In this document: positions 47,353 through 60,707 of the stretch, in pieces
Numbering within the stretch: the first letter of the stretch is position 1
Layout: each line of letters begins with the position of its first letter
Source of the DNA: Camelus ferus
Lineage: Eukaryota
Length of the DNA: 64,000 nucleotides
Reading direction: 5' to 3'
NCBI RefSeq assembly: GCF_009834535.1
Contig: NC_045698.1
Coordinates: forward strand, 10,418,001 to 10,482,000
Notes under the pieces: model-generated
The model's input: only the letters and a program-made list of their open reading frames with translations
What the model was told of the DNA's origin: nothing
Database searches by the model: none
Program-made: the position numbers and the translations under genes

Positions 47353-48174
47353 AAGGATCACTCATATAGGAGCAACTGAATAAGTCACGTTTACATAAGG
47401 GAATATTACACTATTTATTTATTAAATCAATAATGTCATTTCTCTGTGTGGACTTGGGAAAATCACCAGGACAAATTTTTTTAAAAGCACAGTGAAAGAC
47501 AGGAAGTGTGGACCCCTGAAAGTAGGGAAGAAGTTCAAATGTTACTTTTATTTAATCCTCATAACCACGTGAAATTAATCCCATTAATAAGTGAAGAAGC
47601 AGAAGCTCACAAGCTGTAGAATCCGTGGTCTACAGCATGACTATAGGTGTTTAATTCTGCGGGGGGTCTCAGGAAGGATTTGATGGCTGACTTCCTCCTG
47701 GCTCCCTCAGTCCTGGGCATCTGTCTTGATCTGCCCATGACTCGGCTCAAAATGTGGTCCTTCGGGCAGCAGCAGCAGCATCACCGCAGAGCTGGTTAAG
47801 GAGGCAGAATATTTCCTGCCTGGGTTATTAATTCCAGCCATTCTTTCCTTCTTACAGCCAAAAGTCAAGACCAGCCTGTTGGTTTTAACCTGTGGAATGC
47901 ATGTTTATGCACAGTGGCCAATGTAAACATCCATATGGTGGAAAAGAATTTAGGATGGCATCCTGCTCGAGACCTGCAATTCACTGCTGCCGGAAAGCAT
48001 GTAAACCTATGGAGACAGAGTAATGAAAGGAACCCTGTAGACAAAGAGAGGACTGATCTCAAGTTTTCTCTTTACTTTGTGACTTTTCATTCCTTCATCC
48101 ATGGCCCAGTGTTTCCGCCCATGCATAGCTATAAGAAATCAAGAACTAAATAAAATACATTCCAGCCTAAAAAA

Positions 48175-48310
48175 AGGAAGAAATGCAGAATGTCAGGCCT
48201 CATCTCAGTCCTGCTGAATCAGAATCGGCATTTTCACAAGATCCCTGGCGCTGCAGACGATCACTCCAGTCGGAGCAGTGCACACGGGGGTGAAGAGTGC
48301 TCTTCTGCTC
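48175..48310. mobile_element. MER5A-like hAT MITE
   Basis: aaatgcagaat...ctgctgaatcagaatcggcattttcacaagatccc. Confidence 0.7.
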
Positions 48311-49207
48311 TTACTGCGTAAGCTTCCGACGGTCAGTTCATTAGCGTCAAAAACACAAAAATGAAATCTTACTTCTCTCCCGTCAGTGCCGAGTTTTAAA
48401 AATGACAAACGTAAGGGTGGAAAGTTACCTGGAAATGACACAACGCACCCCCAGCCTGGATATCCTGAAGTAAATCATTAGGGGTGGGGGGGTTGGGAGA
48501 AGGGGTGAGGACGAGAACAAAGTCAGTGGCAACGGTGAGTCAGACGGGCCTTGAGTCTCGCTGCCTTGGTCCCATTTCTTCCAGTGAAGTAGACACGCCA
48601 GACTAACATTTGTTAGTCTTGCATGGTAAACAACACAGAGCACTTGTACACAGCACACTGAGCAACGTCCCGCAAGAGGAAAGTTTTTAATCCATAAATT
48701 ACAGCAGCAACTTGGAAGGAAATTGAGGTCCTTGGCCCAGGGACGAGATTCTCGAGAAGAACGTCACCAGAATATACAGCCAGCCGGGGCCTTGGGAATT
48801 AAAAAGAAGTTCACATCCCAAAACACAGCAAAGGACTTCCTGCCCAGCCTCTTTCTATATCCGTTCTTCGCTGAATTGGTGACAAAATTTCAATTGAATG
48901 TTTGATAATGAAAGGCCAGTGCCAGTAAATTAAAACACTTAAGGCTTGACTATCCCACTCATCAGTTCTGAGTTGTACAAAAAAAATTTTAAGAATAAAA
49001 TTAGTATTTGAGCTTTCCGTTCTTAATTGGCCAGGAGTCCTACAAGCAGCCAGGTGTTATTTGGTGAAGGAACTTTGTTAAGACAAAGCATTGAGAGACC
49101 AGTGAAAAGAGGAGCCAGTGGCTTTGATTAAGTCATTTCAGGGAGAAAAGGGGGTGGGATGGACAGGAGTAAATGGGGATCATCTCTTCTCTCTTGCCTT
49201 CATATTC

Positions 49208-49306
49208 AGGTGGGACCGATTTGTCCTGGTTTGCCTGGGAGGTTCCCAGTTTTAGAACCCTAGGAAATACCTTGGTCGAGGGCAAACCAGGACAACTGGT
49301 CACCCT
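49208..49306. mobile_element. hAT-Blackjack MITE (MER81/MER94-like)
   Basis: perfect inverted repeat TTGTCCTGGTTTGCC 49221-49235 / GGCAAACCAGGACAA 49281-49295; ends in ggtcaccct. Confidence 0.7.
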
Positions 49307-50027
49307 CCTAACCTTTAAAGTGGGAATAATCAAACCGCACAGAAGAGCACAGGCAGGGTTCTTGGTCCCCAGCGGCAGTCTCCAAGCGCCAGCTGGGTCT
49401 AAGTCTGTAAGTCAGCGCTGCTGGGCCAGACGCCGTCTGAAGCACCCGCTTTGGAGGAGAAAAGGGGGTGGGGCTGGGGGGGGCAGTCATTTCCCAAACA
49501 TAGGTCCACTAGTCCCTGATGAAAACTCTTCCAACAAGGGTGGTGTTTGTAAAACCCCACTTTTATTTGGAGAAGGCTCCTTGAAAAACCCTTGAAAATG
49601 CTTCCTGTTTTTAATGAAGGAGATCCCTGGAATATTGCCATGGGCTTTCGTAGGGCCCTTTTAGTTTAGATTTTATTCGTTCTCCTTCACCACATTATAA
49701 TCTAGCCCCAAACCAAAACATCACCCCATGGGCTGCAGGGAGGTATTCATGAGTTCAGTTTGAGACCCTTCCCCAAGGGACAGGATGAGGTCAGCCTGTC
49801 CTAAGCTGCAGGCTAACCGGCAGGATGTCACGAGGTGGGGCCCTCCCAGCCTCATCAAAGGTACCATGTACGCTCGTGCTGAGCTCCACACAAGGAACAG
49901 GGCTCCCTCAAGTGTCCCAAGCAACAGGGGCTTTAAGCACTGGGTGCAAATACCTGGGAGTGTGAACGTCCCAGCCGCACGTGTCTCAGCAGCCAGGGAG
50001 GTGGACCTAAGAGTCTGTATCCAGTTC

Positions 50028-50125
50028 CAGTATGTGGGGTTTCCCCACACCACCAGGCAGTTCTCAGATGCCAGCTGGGCGTCCTACAACTCAGCTCAAT
50101 TCTGACACTGTTTCCCACCTACCAG
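50028..50125 (-). mobile_element. MER21-like LTR fragment
   Basis: atgtggggtttccccacacca...cagttct matches 54616-54680. Confidence 0.65.
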
Positions 50126-50464
50126 GGATGGATGGGCTGGTACCAGTCTCATGTGTCAATATTCTGAATGTCTTTGATTTTAAAGCTTGGCTTCTAGCCA
50201 CACATTCCCCATTGTTCTATGGAGTCACAACTTACAAATTGATATATAATTATCCCAACACATTTTGTTCTGTCGGGTTTACCAGCAGTGAGGCTGGGAG
50301 GAGTCACTGTGCTGTCCTAGGTTATTCATATACGGTAAATACGTTTCCTCCTATGTGGCCTTTGAAAATAAAGCATCTCGTGACACGCTGTCCCCAGAGT
50401 TTCTATTTGTTATAGCAATCTCATTCTCTGGAGAGACTGGTTATAAATGATATGAAATGATATA

Positions 50465-50515
50465 TAAATAGATGAATGGATGGATAGGTAGATAGATAGA
50501 TTGGTAGATGACAGA
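50465..50515. repeat. (GATA/GGAT)n simple repeat
   Basis: gatgaatggatggataggtagatagatagattggtagatgacagat. Confidence 0.75.
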
Positions 50516-51489
50516 TTTTTTTTAAAGCAGGATGTCAAATGGGGTATAGAGAACTTCCTGTGTAAAAAAAAAATGAAGACCATATACATTTATGTGTCAA
50601 GCCCCTCTGGTAGAATACATAAAGACATGAAACACCGGGGAGCGGACACAGTGGCAGAGTGACAGGGGTTGGGGGAGGATTTTCAACCTTAAGTCCTTTA
50701 TGTACATCTTGGCTTTTATAATATATAAATCACTCTCAAAACCTCATTCTTGTAAATGCAGTGATTCTGGCCTCCTTTTAGTAACTACGCCAGCTGGTGG
50801 GTGACTTTTATTTGATGAAGAAAATCAAATTTATCTCTTTGAAATAACTGCTTATTTCATAGACTCTAAAGCTAATCTGTCATCATTTTGTGGAACTGAA
50901 TATCAATAACCTAGAATGTCTTTCCATTCGTTTGTAAATTTCAACTCTTTTCCTCAAGTTTCACTGTCTGACCTCTGTTCCTGCATCCAGTGCAGTCTTT
51001 GTGTTGGTTTAAGAAATGAAGTCACTGTGCATCCTCAGTTCTTTAAAGCAGACAAAACAAATGTAGTTGACGATCATCATACTCCTGCATTCCCTTAACC
51101 AGTGGTCAGTCCTCCCTCTGCTGTGACCATCTCGCCCAGCTTGTCCCACCTGACCCTTCGCACACAGTGGGCCCCTGGGGCTGAGAGCAGGCTGGGCCTG
51201 GCTAAATGCAATTCGCTTTCTTCTCCGTGGGCGGCGTCATGATCCTGCGTGCATGGGCGGAGGGGGGGTTACCTCACCCCCACGCACGGGTCCTGACGTC
51301 CCCACGGGTGGCGGCCGTTGAGGAGGCCCGTTCCACCCCCCAGGTGGCAGATTCAGAAAGATGCGTTGTCAGGCTCCCCACCTATCCTGGCCCCGCATGT
51401 CCCAGGGGCGCAGGGGAGCCCCCTGCTTACCACACGCCAGGGCACTGGGCAAGGAGGCGCCAGCGCGGTGGGCAAAGCCAAGCTCCTCT

Positions 51490-51610
51490 TGTTCCCCCAT
51501 TTGTACATCGGGGATAATAGCGCTTTCCTCGCAGGGCTGTTGTGAGAATGAAATGCACGAAGTCTCTGGAACAGCGTCAGGCACACAGTAGCACTGTGAT
51601 TACTATTATT
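51490..51610 (+). mobile_element. MIR fragment
   Basis: ttcccccatttgtacatcggggataatag...agggctgttgtgagaatgaaatg. Confidence 0.65.
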
Positions 51611-52932
51611 TGCAGGGAACACCAGAAGCCCGGCCCCGTAACTCTTGGAAGGCCTTAATACAAGGAGCTTGAACACGACACCCTGGGAGATGAGAGGGGC
51701 TTTCCTTTCCATGTCGTGGGGAAAGATTTTCTTATTTCTCTCCTAGGAGTGGACCGAGCTGTGTGATTTAAAAAATGAAGGTGGCATTTATTGCCGCCAG
51801 GTGTGGTGGGACAGCTGTATATATGTCCTATGTCTATGTGCACAATCACACAGGGAGCCACACACATGTGCACACACACTCGTGTGCACGCACTCACCTT
51901 CAAGGCAGAGTCGATGTTGCAAAGAACCAGTTCTTCGGTTACTCAAATCCTTGCAAGGGCGCACAGAGCCTCCCAAATTCTAAAAGAAAGAAGCTGTTTC
52001 GCCACCGACTTCCTCATTCTCTGTTACTTCAACCCACTGGTCTTCAGACGTGTGGATTCTAGAGGGAGAGGCACAGATGGACTAATTACCCTGGGTGTGC
52101 TCTGCTCCATGACAGGGACTCCCTCTCCTCCCCTTTTTGCAGTTGACATAAAAGGGAGAATCTCGGGGTGATGCTTTCTTACTGGGGAACATCGAAGGAA
52201 CCTTCCTTACCAGGCCGGGCAGCCCCCAACATGCTCTGCTTCCAGGAGGCCAGGCAGACTCCTGGGGGCGGCCCCGGGGCTGCTCACGACATTATTTCCC
52301 TGGGAAAGCGTGCTTGGAAGGCCAGACCTCCAGCCTTGGTCAGTCTGTAGTTTAGGATTTTGTCCGTTTGTTTGCCTTTCCTGGGGCGTGCTGATGGTTC
52401 ACAAGGCAGACTTCCTAGCGACGGCTGCGCCAGGAAAAGCCCAGGCCTGCCAAACCCCAGAGTTCCTAAGCTGTGTGCTGTTGGCGGGGAGTTCCCGCTA
52501 ATGCGCTGAACTTGATTTCCCCCGCAAGTCCTAGTGTCAGCAAGATATTTTATGTGGCATTTACTTCTTGGCATTTGACAGAAAAGGGAAAACCTCAGGG
52601 TGATGCTTCTCACTGGGGACATTAAAGGAACCTTCCTTACTGTGCCCGGCAGCCCCCGACCACGTCTGTCTCCCGTGGGTGGGTGACAGTCGCATCTCAC
52701 ACCCCCTTCCCCACGCTTCTGGGTCCTGGTCCGGCACAGCTGCTCACCGTACTCCGGTCACACGTCCGCCTCCGCTCGCAGAGATTGTTTATGTTGAGAA
52801 AGTAGTCCCTCAAGGCCGGGGAGCGACCGCTGTCCAAGGGCAGAGATGGCAGGCGGGTTGCAGAGGTGATACTGAACACTTCTGGATATCGTGTGTGTCA
52901 CCAGGCATAAAGCAAACTTGTGCTTCAAAGTC

Positions 52933-53017
52933 TACACCTGAAACGAACATTGTAAATCAACTGCACTTCAATTTAAAAACAACAGACAGAAAATTTAAAA
53001 AACAAAAAACCCCAAAA
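52933..53017 (+). mobile_element. extremely 5'-truncated L1 3' terminus
   Basis: acacctgaaacgaacattgtaaatcaactgcacttcaattt plus A-rich tail; similar to 47240-47290. Confidence 0.65.
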
Positions 53018-53689
53018 CGAAGTCTGCAGCAGGACTGAACATGTCTTGAAGTAAATCTCAGACAAGAAAATCTATACTTTTAAAAGCAATTAGTGAGGGA
53101 TTCCTTGCATTATGAATTTAATCTTTCTACAAATTATGTAAAAGTAATACAGCTTTGTGGAAACCAGGACGGGACTCCAACACCAACGTGATCGCTGTTG
53201 ACATTTTGGTGATTTGTGACCTTTCACTCTTAGGCATCTGCATATTTTATATAGATGGATTTACAGCTTCATATCTTGTTTTCTAAACTGGAAGTTGCTT
53301 CCATGTGCTTCCAAATGTTAACACTTATAAGTCCAATGACTGCTTCTTGCCTTGCCTATTGAACACGTCCGAATTTGTTGCTCAGATTGTCCCAGCTTTG
53401 GTCGCTGGGAGCTTTTAGTAGTTGGCTCCTGTGAACCTTTGACAGGCCCCTATCCTTTTTTTTTGGTGGTGTTTGTACTTCTTTTCTTTCTGGGGCTAAA
53501 AATACTTCAAGTTCATTCAGGTTCATCTTATATTTTCTCCACCCCAGCCACTCTGAGGCATCCTGGGTTTTTTATATTGGAGAATGGTATTCAGAAACAG
53601 AGATCTGAGTGCTGGTTTCATCGACTTACAGCTAACGATTTTTTTCTGTTCTCAGTGTTATGGATTTCTTTTCTTATCTTTATTACCTG

Positions 53690-54275
53690 CTATACAACAA
53701 ATTTGGAAAACTTTCAGTATCTACTAAAATTATATATATTCATACCACATGACTCAACAATGTTATTTCTAGGAATTTACCCAACAGAAACGCATACATG
53801 TGAAAGAATGTACAAAGAAACTTTATCTATTGCCAACAACTAGAAGCAATCCAAGGGTCATTCAACAGTAGACTAAATAAATTGTTGTCCATTCATGCCC
53901 TGGAAGACTGCTTAGCAATAAAAGAGAGCAAGCCACTTGTGTATGAAATGACTTGTCTGAGTGTGAAAAACATTATTAAAGTGAAAGAAGCCAGCCACCC
54001 CCAAAAAATCTACTGTGTAAATTTATAGAAGATTTAAAACAAGTCAAACACATTTCTTCTGTTGGAAGACAGGATGGAAGCACCTTCGGGGGAATGGCGG
54101 GAAGGATTTGGGGAGAGCACGAGGGGACTTCTGGTGTGCGCTGATGCTCTGTTTCCAGATCCAGCTGGTGAGTTCATGGGTGGGCTCACTTTGTAATAAT
54201 CTGTCAAGTTGTATACTTTTAAGATTTATGTGTTTTTGGAATGAATACGATATGCCAATCGAAAAGTTTGTATTT
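53690..54275 (+). mobile_element. old L1 (L1ME/MC-like) 3' fragment
   Basis: ttctaggaatttacccaacagaaac...aactagaagcaatccaag. Confidence 0.65.
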
Positions 54276-54529
54276 TTCAAAAAGTGCTCCAGATCGCCTC
54301 CTTCTCCTGTATGGCTGGCGTCTGGCCCACAAGGGGAACCACCTGTGTCAACTTTGTCCTGATAAACTCTGGAGTGTCAGCCATACCCCCACAGTCCCCT
54401 CCCCTCCCCTCCTCTGTCAGGACATTAGATCAGAACTCTCATGGGTGGGAATCAGGCTCCAAGAAAATCCTTACAAATTGCCCCTTCAGGCTCCAACACC
54501 CTCACCACGGGTATCCCGAGTGTGGATTT

Positions 54530-55390
54530 ATTCACGGAAGAACCACCCCGTCTTCCCTCCTGTATTTCTCCTTTACTCTCACACCGCCGTGACATTCACA
54601 TCACTTCCACACCAGATGTGTGGGTTTTCCCCACACCAAGCAGTTCTGTGACACCTGCTGAGTGTCCTGCAGGTAGACACTCTCTACCTGGTGGTAGTGA
54701 CATCAGATCCCACAGTTGAAGGTCTCTGCCTCCCATTTCAGACGCCAATTGTAAGCAGTGGGTCCCCAGCTTACCCACAACTTCTTTCTGACTTGGTTCA
54801 AGATCAGAGGTTCTCATGACCTCCTTGCCGTTGGATTTGGTTATTTGTTAGAACAGCTCACAGAACTCCGGGAAACACATCTACCTGTTTACTAAAGGAT
54901 ATGCTGAAGGATGCAGATGCCGAGCCAGATGACGAGATGTAGGAGACAAGGTCTGAGAGGGTCTCTGCACAGTTGGGTGTGTCACCCTCCTGGTGTGAAT
55001 GTGCTCATCAACCTGGAAGCTCCCAGAGCCACATACTATTGGGATTTTTATGGAGGCTTCTCCATGTGGGCATGATCGATGTTAACTCCATTTCCAGCCC
55101 AGCACAGCGCTGAAAAATCCAAGCTACTCATCATGGCTTGGTCTTCCTGGTGACCAGTTCCCATCTAGGAGCCCCCCAGCTTCTCCTCATTAGCACAGAA
55201 CACACTCCTGTCACCCAGGAAATTCCAAAGGATTAGTACCATGTGTCAGGAACCGGGGTCAAAGGCTTGGATTGGAACAAAAGATGTTTCTTGTGCTCTT
55301 ACCAGTAGGAAATTACAAGGGTTTTAGGAGCTCTGTGCAAGGAGTTGGGGCAGAGACCAACATGTATACATTTTTTTCTACTATGCCACA
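54530..55390 (-). mobile_element. MER21-like solo LTR
   Basis: accagatgtgtgggttttccccacaccaagcagttct...gggttttaggagctctgtg...tactatgccaca. Confidence 0.8.
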
Positions 55391-55649
55391 TCACGAGCCA
55401 GTTCTCAGAAATTTCTTTAGAAAATCTGCCCCTCCGTATCACTGCATTCTCTTTGGTATCTACTGCCTGTTCATCTGGGCTTCTCTGCTGAAATGTCCAA
55501 TTTAATATCTGCTAACATCCAGCTTTGTCCACTTCTAGAAATCTTAATTCTTGTTCAGAGTCCAGATATTTCTTTGTAACAATTTCTCAATGGGTTCTTT
55601 ATGAAGAGTACATACACACAGACACACACGCATACACACACAAAGGATT

Positions 55650-56235
55650 GGTTGAGAATGTCTGACCCCAGAACCTAAAATTAGAAATGAACAGCTTTCT
55701 CTATAGACATTTGGAGTGGACATCTCCTGCGTTGTCTGCCTGTTCTGGCAACAGAACTCTTCACTCCTGTGGGAAGTCCACCATGTGGGGCTGACCCTGC
55801 CTTCCCCTCCACCCGGATGCTGGGAGGGGCCAGGTGACCCAGTTCTGGCCAATGAGAGTACCCCATCCCTGTCCCCCAAGAGGAGCGTGTAAACTAAGCC
55901 TGCATCTTCCGGGGACTTTGTCCCCCAGGCTAACAGGGACAACTGTCTCTTTTTACACAGTTGCTAAGCCCGGAGGCAGTGACTCTGTATCAGTCACATG
56001 GAGAGTTTTCCAACTGAGACCAAGTAGAGACACGTGGAGATGAGAAGTGGAGAACGAGAGAGAGATTCAAAGAGAAAGAGAAAGGATGATGACGACACGG
56101 TTTAAACACTAGATTCAGCCATGTCTCAAACCGGAAGCAGCCCAGATGTGTTAGTAACGTGAGCCATGAATTCCTTTCTTGGTTTATGGCAGTCTGAGTT
56201 ATGTCTCTGTCACTCCCAGCTGCAAGAGTCCTGCA
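55650..56235 (+). mobile_element. MLT1 (MaLR) LTR, old
   Basis: gacccagttctggccaatgaga...agattcagccatgtct...gtgagccatgaattcctt. Confidence 0.65.
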
Positions 56236-59200
56236 TGGTCTCCATCCTTACCTAAACATGGCTTGCACAGGTTGTGCACTGGGGTTCTGTTGTAAATCAG
56301 TCTGGAGGTCTGATGGCAACTAGTGTGCCCAGAAAAAAACTCTATTTTAGTCCAGTCTGTACTGTCTTCTCTGTGCTCCAGACCACCCATGTTTGAAGGA
56401 CCTCTTCCCTCTTAACACTTGTATAGGGAAATTCTGTGTCACATCCTTGGTACCACCAATAAGCATCCTCTCAACAGTGGGGGCGCTGGGCATGGCCAGG
56501 GATATCCACTTGCAATGCCACATGCCCAGTATTTTGTGGGCCAGATAGTACCTAAAATTACAAATGCTTCTTACCATCTCAGGAGGCTTACTAGCCCATA
56601 CTTCAACTATAGATGGAGATGCTAGGGATGTTTTCTCACAGCTGGGAATTGTATGTTTTGCCTTCTTTTGCAGACATGTTATGGCATAATAGCAATGCCT
56701 ATCTGGATAATACAAGCCAACACAACTCCCACCAGCCTTTCCAGTCTCCAAAAGTTAGACAGGAACACTTGAAAATCTCTAACAGTGCCCAGAGCACCTC
56801 CTGGAATTGTAACTGCTTACCAACAGGCAGCCCCTCAAAGAGGAAGTTCAACAGACGATGTTACGTAATTACTTCTCAATTTTTTTTTTTTTTTCAGTGG
56901 GACACTAGCCAGAAGGCAGGGGCTGGGGAATGCCCTCGAAAGTCTGAAGAGAGAGCCTGCCCTGACCACAGACATTAACCAGAGGCTTCTAATGGGAAGG
57001 GGTGGGGAGAGGAGGCCAGAGCAGGATGAGATCGGTGATGGCCCCCTAGTACCTACAATTTTTGAAGCTTCACACAAAATCTGCTTTTGATCATTGGCTG
57101 AAAATGAAAGATCTGGATTAGATGACCTCCCCCTCCTCCTTTAAGCACCCAATGGTATGTGTGGAATTCCACTCCTCATTCTGGAACTCATGTCACTGAG
57201 GGGCCGGGGTGGTCAGTGGCTGACCCTTCCAGGTGTGGGGAGTGAGGAGTCCGTAGTTCCCCCATAGTTATACTCGGGTGGTCAGAATGGCTGATGGTGC
57301 CTGATCGCCTCCCACGGTGCTTGCCTGGGTGCACAGGAGGCGGACACAGAGCACCCCAGACAGAGGCAGCCCAGGGCTCTGGTCGCTCCTGGCTTGCTGA
57401 CTTCTTCCTTAGCAACTAGGAAACCAAAAGTTTCCATCATTATAATGTCACGAGGAAGCTGTTTTCGAAATGCCTGCTGATGACTTTTCCTCTTGGTCCC
57501 CTGGGTTGTTTCTCCTTTCCCTCCTCTTTCTGGCAGCCTTTCCTCTGGGAGGAAAAATAGGCCAAAGTAGTGAAGAAGGCTGATGGTTAAGAGAAGTCCC
57601 AACAGATGAGAAGGGGAAAGAGAGAGACTTCACTGCTTCTTGGGATCAAAATCTCTTGGGGATGAGAACGACTGGAAACACCAAGTTAGGGGAGAGAAGT
57701 GGGGCAGGAAACCCCTGGGCAGAAAACTTGTTTCCACTTCCCCCAGGTGCAGCCTGGCAAAAAGACTGACCGCCCCTTGGAGGATCCCAGACAGCCAAGG
57801 AGCAGGAGGACAAAACACCTTCTGCTGGTGGGCAAGTCCTTTTGCCCATCAGGACCCCCTTCATCCCTCATTGGTCCCTTTGCACCTGGCACGATTCAAG
57901 GAAGCACCCAGAGGGGCAGAAAGCCAGATGGGTGTCATGGTGGCTGACATTCGTTATGATCGTGATTTGCCTGGTCCTCTCTTTTTCCATTTGGGAGCCT
58001 CAGTCTGCCCCCTGGAGATACTGCACTTTTGTAAACCTAGCAGGGGGAGGGAGAGGGGACCCCCGCACACCAGCACCCCTCCCGGGTCCCTCCCCTGGGT
58101 TGGGGCACCGTGAGTCTCTCCTCCCCTTTCCTTCTTCATCTGCAGAGACCAAAGATGTTGGAAGTCTGCGGGCTCTCCCGGGAAACTCACCACACCCGGA
58201 GCTGAGTGGTTCTCAGACGCTCCCTGTTTACATTGAACATGCCTGCAAGTTACAGAAGCTGTCCATTTGTCTCTGACCTTTCAAGTTGCACAGGGAATTC
58301 CCATCAGAAAATCCTCACGTTGCAGTTAGTACAATCCCAGCAGTCCTAAATTTCAACCTTTTTTTTTTATAGAGGTCTGGAGGAAGGCTCTTCAAAAAAA
58401 AATTTTTTTTAAAGAGGGCTTTGGAATACATTGCAGCCTGTGCACGTTGCTGTTTTGAGTTTTGTCTTTATACACAGAGGGCTCCAACTGCCCGTAGGAG
58501 GTGGCGGGGGTGGGCGGAAGAGTGACCGTGGGGAGTGAGCCTAGTTTGCTATAACAAGCCTCAAATCAACCCAAAAAAGCAAAGCTGAATTTCTCTGGTC
58601 ACTGACAGCTGTCTGTTATTTTTTTAAGGAAGCAAAGAAAGAAAAAAGAACAACTTTTCCATGCTTGACTCTAAGGGTACCCAGCCACAGGACAGACTAA
58701 CGTTTATTCCATGATTTATGTCTCTTCCTTTTCAGTGGCTGCTGAAATGTTTTCTGACGCTTTGCTTCAAAGCAAACCAGTGAGTGCCAATGACTACACA
58801 GTGTGGTGAACTCAGTTCCTCTCCGGCTTCCTGTGGGCCCTGCAGGGTGAGACTGTCACTGGCCCTCCTAGCCCTCTGTGAAACCAGCCTGAGGTCCTTG
58901 CCTGTGTTTTGAGTCGAGGGTAATTAGGGCTCCTTCCTGCCCCACCTGCCCACCTCTTCTGTTTGCCCAGGCTGCTTGCTCCCGGGGCGAACAGCAGATG
59001 GTCCAGAACGGGCTTCACGTTTCTGGAGCAGGTGAAGGTGAACTTGCTGCTGCATGGAATTGGAATGATGGGCATGGATGTGCTTACCAGAAGGCAGAAG
59101 TCCAAGCTGCCAGCCTTAGAGTAAAAACCACATTTAGAATTCATTCAGAAGACTGTTGCCAACCATTTTTGGTCCCTGCTTGGGACCAAAACCTCTTCCG

Positions 59201-59384
59201 TCCTAAATGTGTCTGAAATGTGAGCTGGTGAGAAATACCCTGACCTTTAAATGGGTCAGGAAAGCAATGACCTAATTTAAATTTTCTCTTTAGTTCACCA
59301 CAAGGATAAAGAAGAAATGTGGAAGGTGGAAAAGAAGGAGGATAAGAGAATCAATTGAGCAAAGAGGGGAGATGGTGTTCTCCA

Positions 59385-59550
59385 CCGCAAAAAAGAAACA
59401 GCAATTATGTGGGGACGGAGGGGTTAGCTAATGCTATGGCAGAGATCCTTGGCAATATGTAAATGTGTTAAATCAACGCATTGTACACCTTACATTTTCA
59501 CAATGTTATGTGTCAATTATAGCTCAGTAAAGCTGGGGGTAAAAAAAAGA
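59385..59550 (+). mobile_element. L1 3'-terminal fragment
   Basis: ttgtacaccttacattttcacaatgttatgtgtcaattatagctcagtaaagctgg plus A run. Confidence 0.75.
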
Positions 59551-60707
59551 GGGAGATGGGACGAGAGATGGGGAAAGGGAGATGTCTGGGGATTCTACCT
59601 CACTAAAGGATCAGGGCTCTGGGTGTTTTTGAACCTTGCTTTGTAGTATGTGGCACCAATTTAAATACTGTGATTATTTATGCTGTTTTTATTTTTATTT
59701 TCGAGATGATTGAATGGAAATGTGTGTGATTATTGAGTCACTGACAATGCTCATAAAGGAATCAAGCGTGAGACCAGAGACTCTGGATGAGATCATATCT
59801 GGGAGGAGATTGTTTCTGAAGTCTCGTGTCCTCACATCCTCACTACCCGACTCTTCAGCCTGACATGTTGATCACCATGTCACCCAAATCTGGTGACAGT
59901 TGTGTTACCTCAGAGGCACTTGATCCACAGTGGGTGATCAACATGTCAAATTTAAGCCAGTCCTTTAGATCTAGCAGCAATATCTGAGCGGCTGGGAGTC
60001 AAGAAAGGCTTCCAAATGTAAAACACAGGACTTGTTTATATTAAACATAGGTAACATTCATTGAGTGATACTTCCGGTTGGGATTCTGTCACCCAAAACC
60101 ACAAGGTCCTCCCTTCTGTGTTATCTAAGCAGTGCTCCACTGGACACACCCGCCCTTCTTATTCAGATCCTTTGCCCTCCTGCGGTGCCCTGGGTGGAAG
60201 AGCACCTTCTGGTGCATTTAGAGATGGTGCTTTAGACCCCACATAATTCTGGAGCTCAGCCTGGGCAGAAAGGCAAGCAGCAATCCAGCAATCCTCCCTG
60301 GTGGTTCACACAACTCAGGAATATTCTCTTGGCCTTTAGGGCAGAACTGAGAGCATCACCAATGTCCCGAGTGTCAGAGGGTTGTAGGGCATTTGTCTCA
60401 AGAACTGCGGTAGAAAAAGAAGACTTAAGAATATTGAATTCCTAAAAAATGTAAACTTCCTTTCATTTTTCTCTGACACAGATAACATGCCCACACTTCC
60501 ATGGCTGTTATTTTTAAGATGTTTAAAATTTTTAAATGTTATGTACTGAGATCTCAGCCCTGACCTTGAACATGATGTGCTGAAAGGTATGGGGTCAGAA
60601 CCTGGCTCCTACCAGCTCACAAGCTGCCTTCCCTTTAGTGGAGTTCCAGAGCCATTATGGAGTTAAAGACCTCGCTATGCATTGTTTTGTTGTAAAGATG
60701 TTGATTT

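Noticed and set aside
49221..49295. Perfect 15-bp inverted repeat as a possible miRNA hairpin
   Set aside because: Explained by a palindromic hAT-Blackjack MITE.
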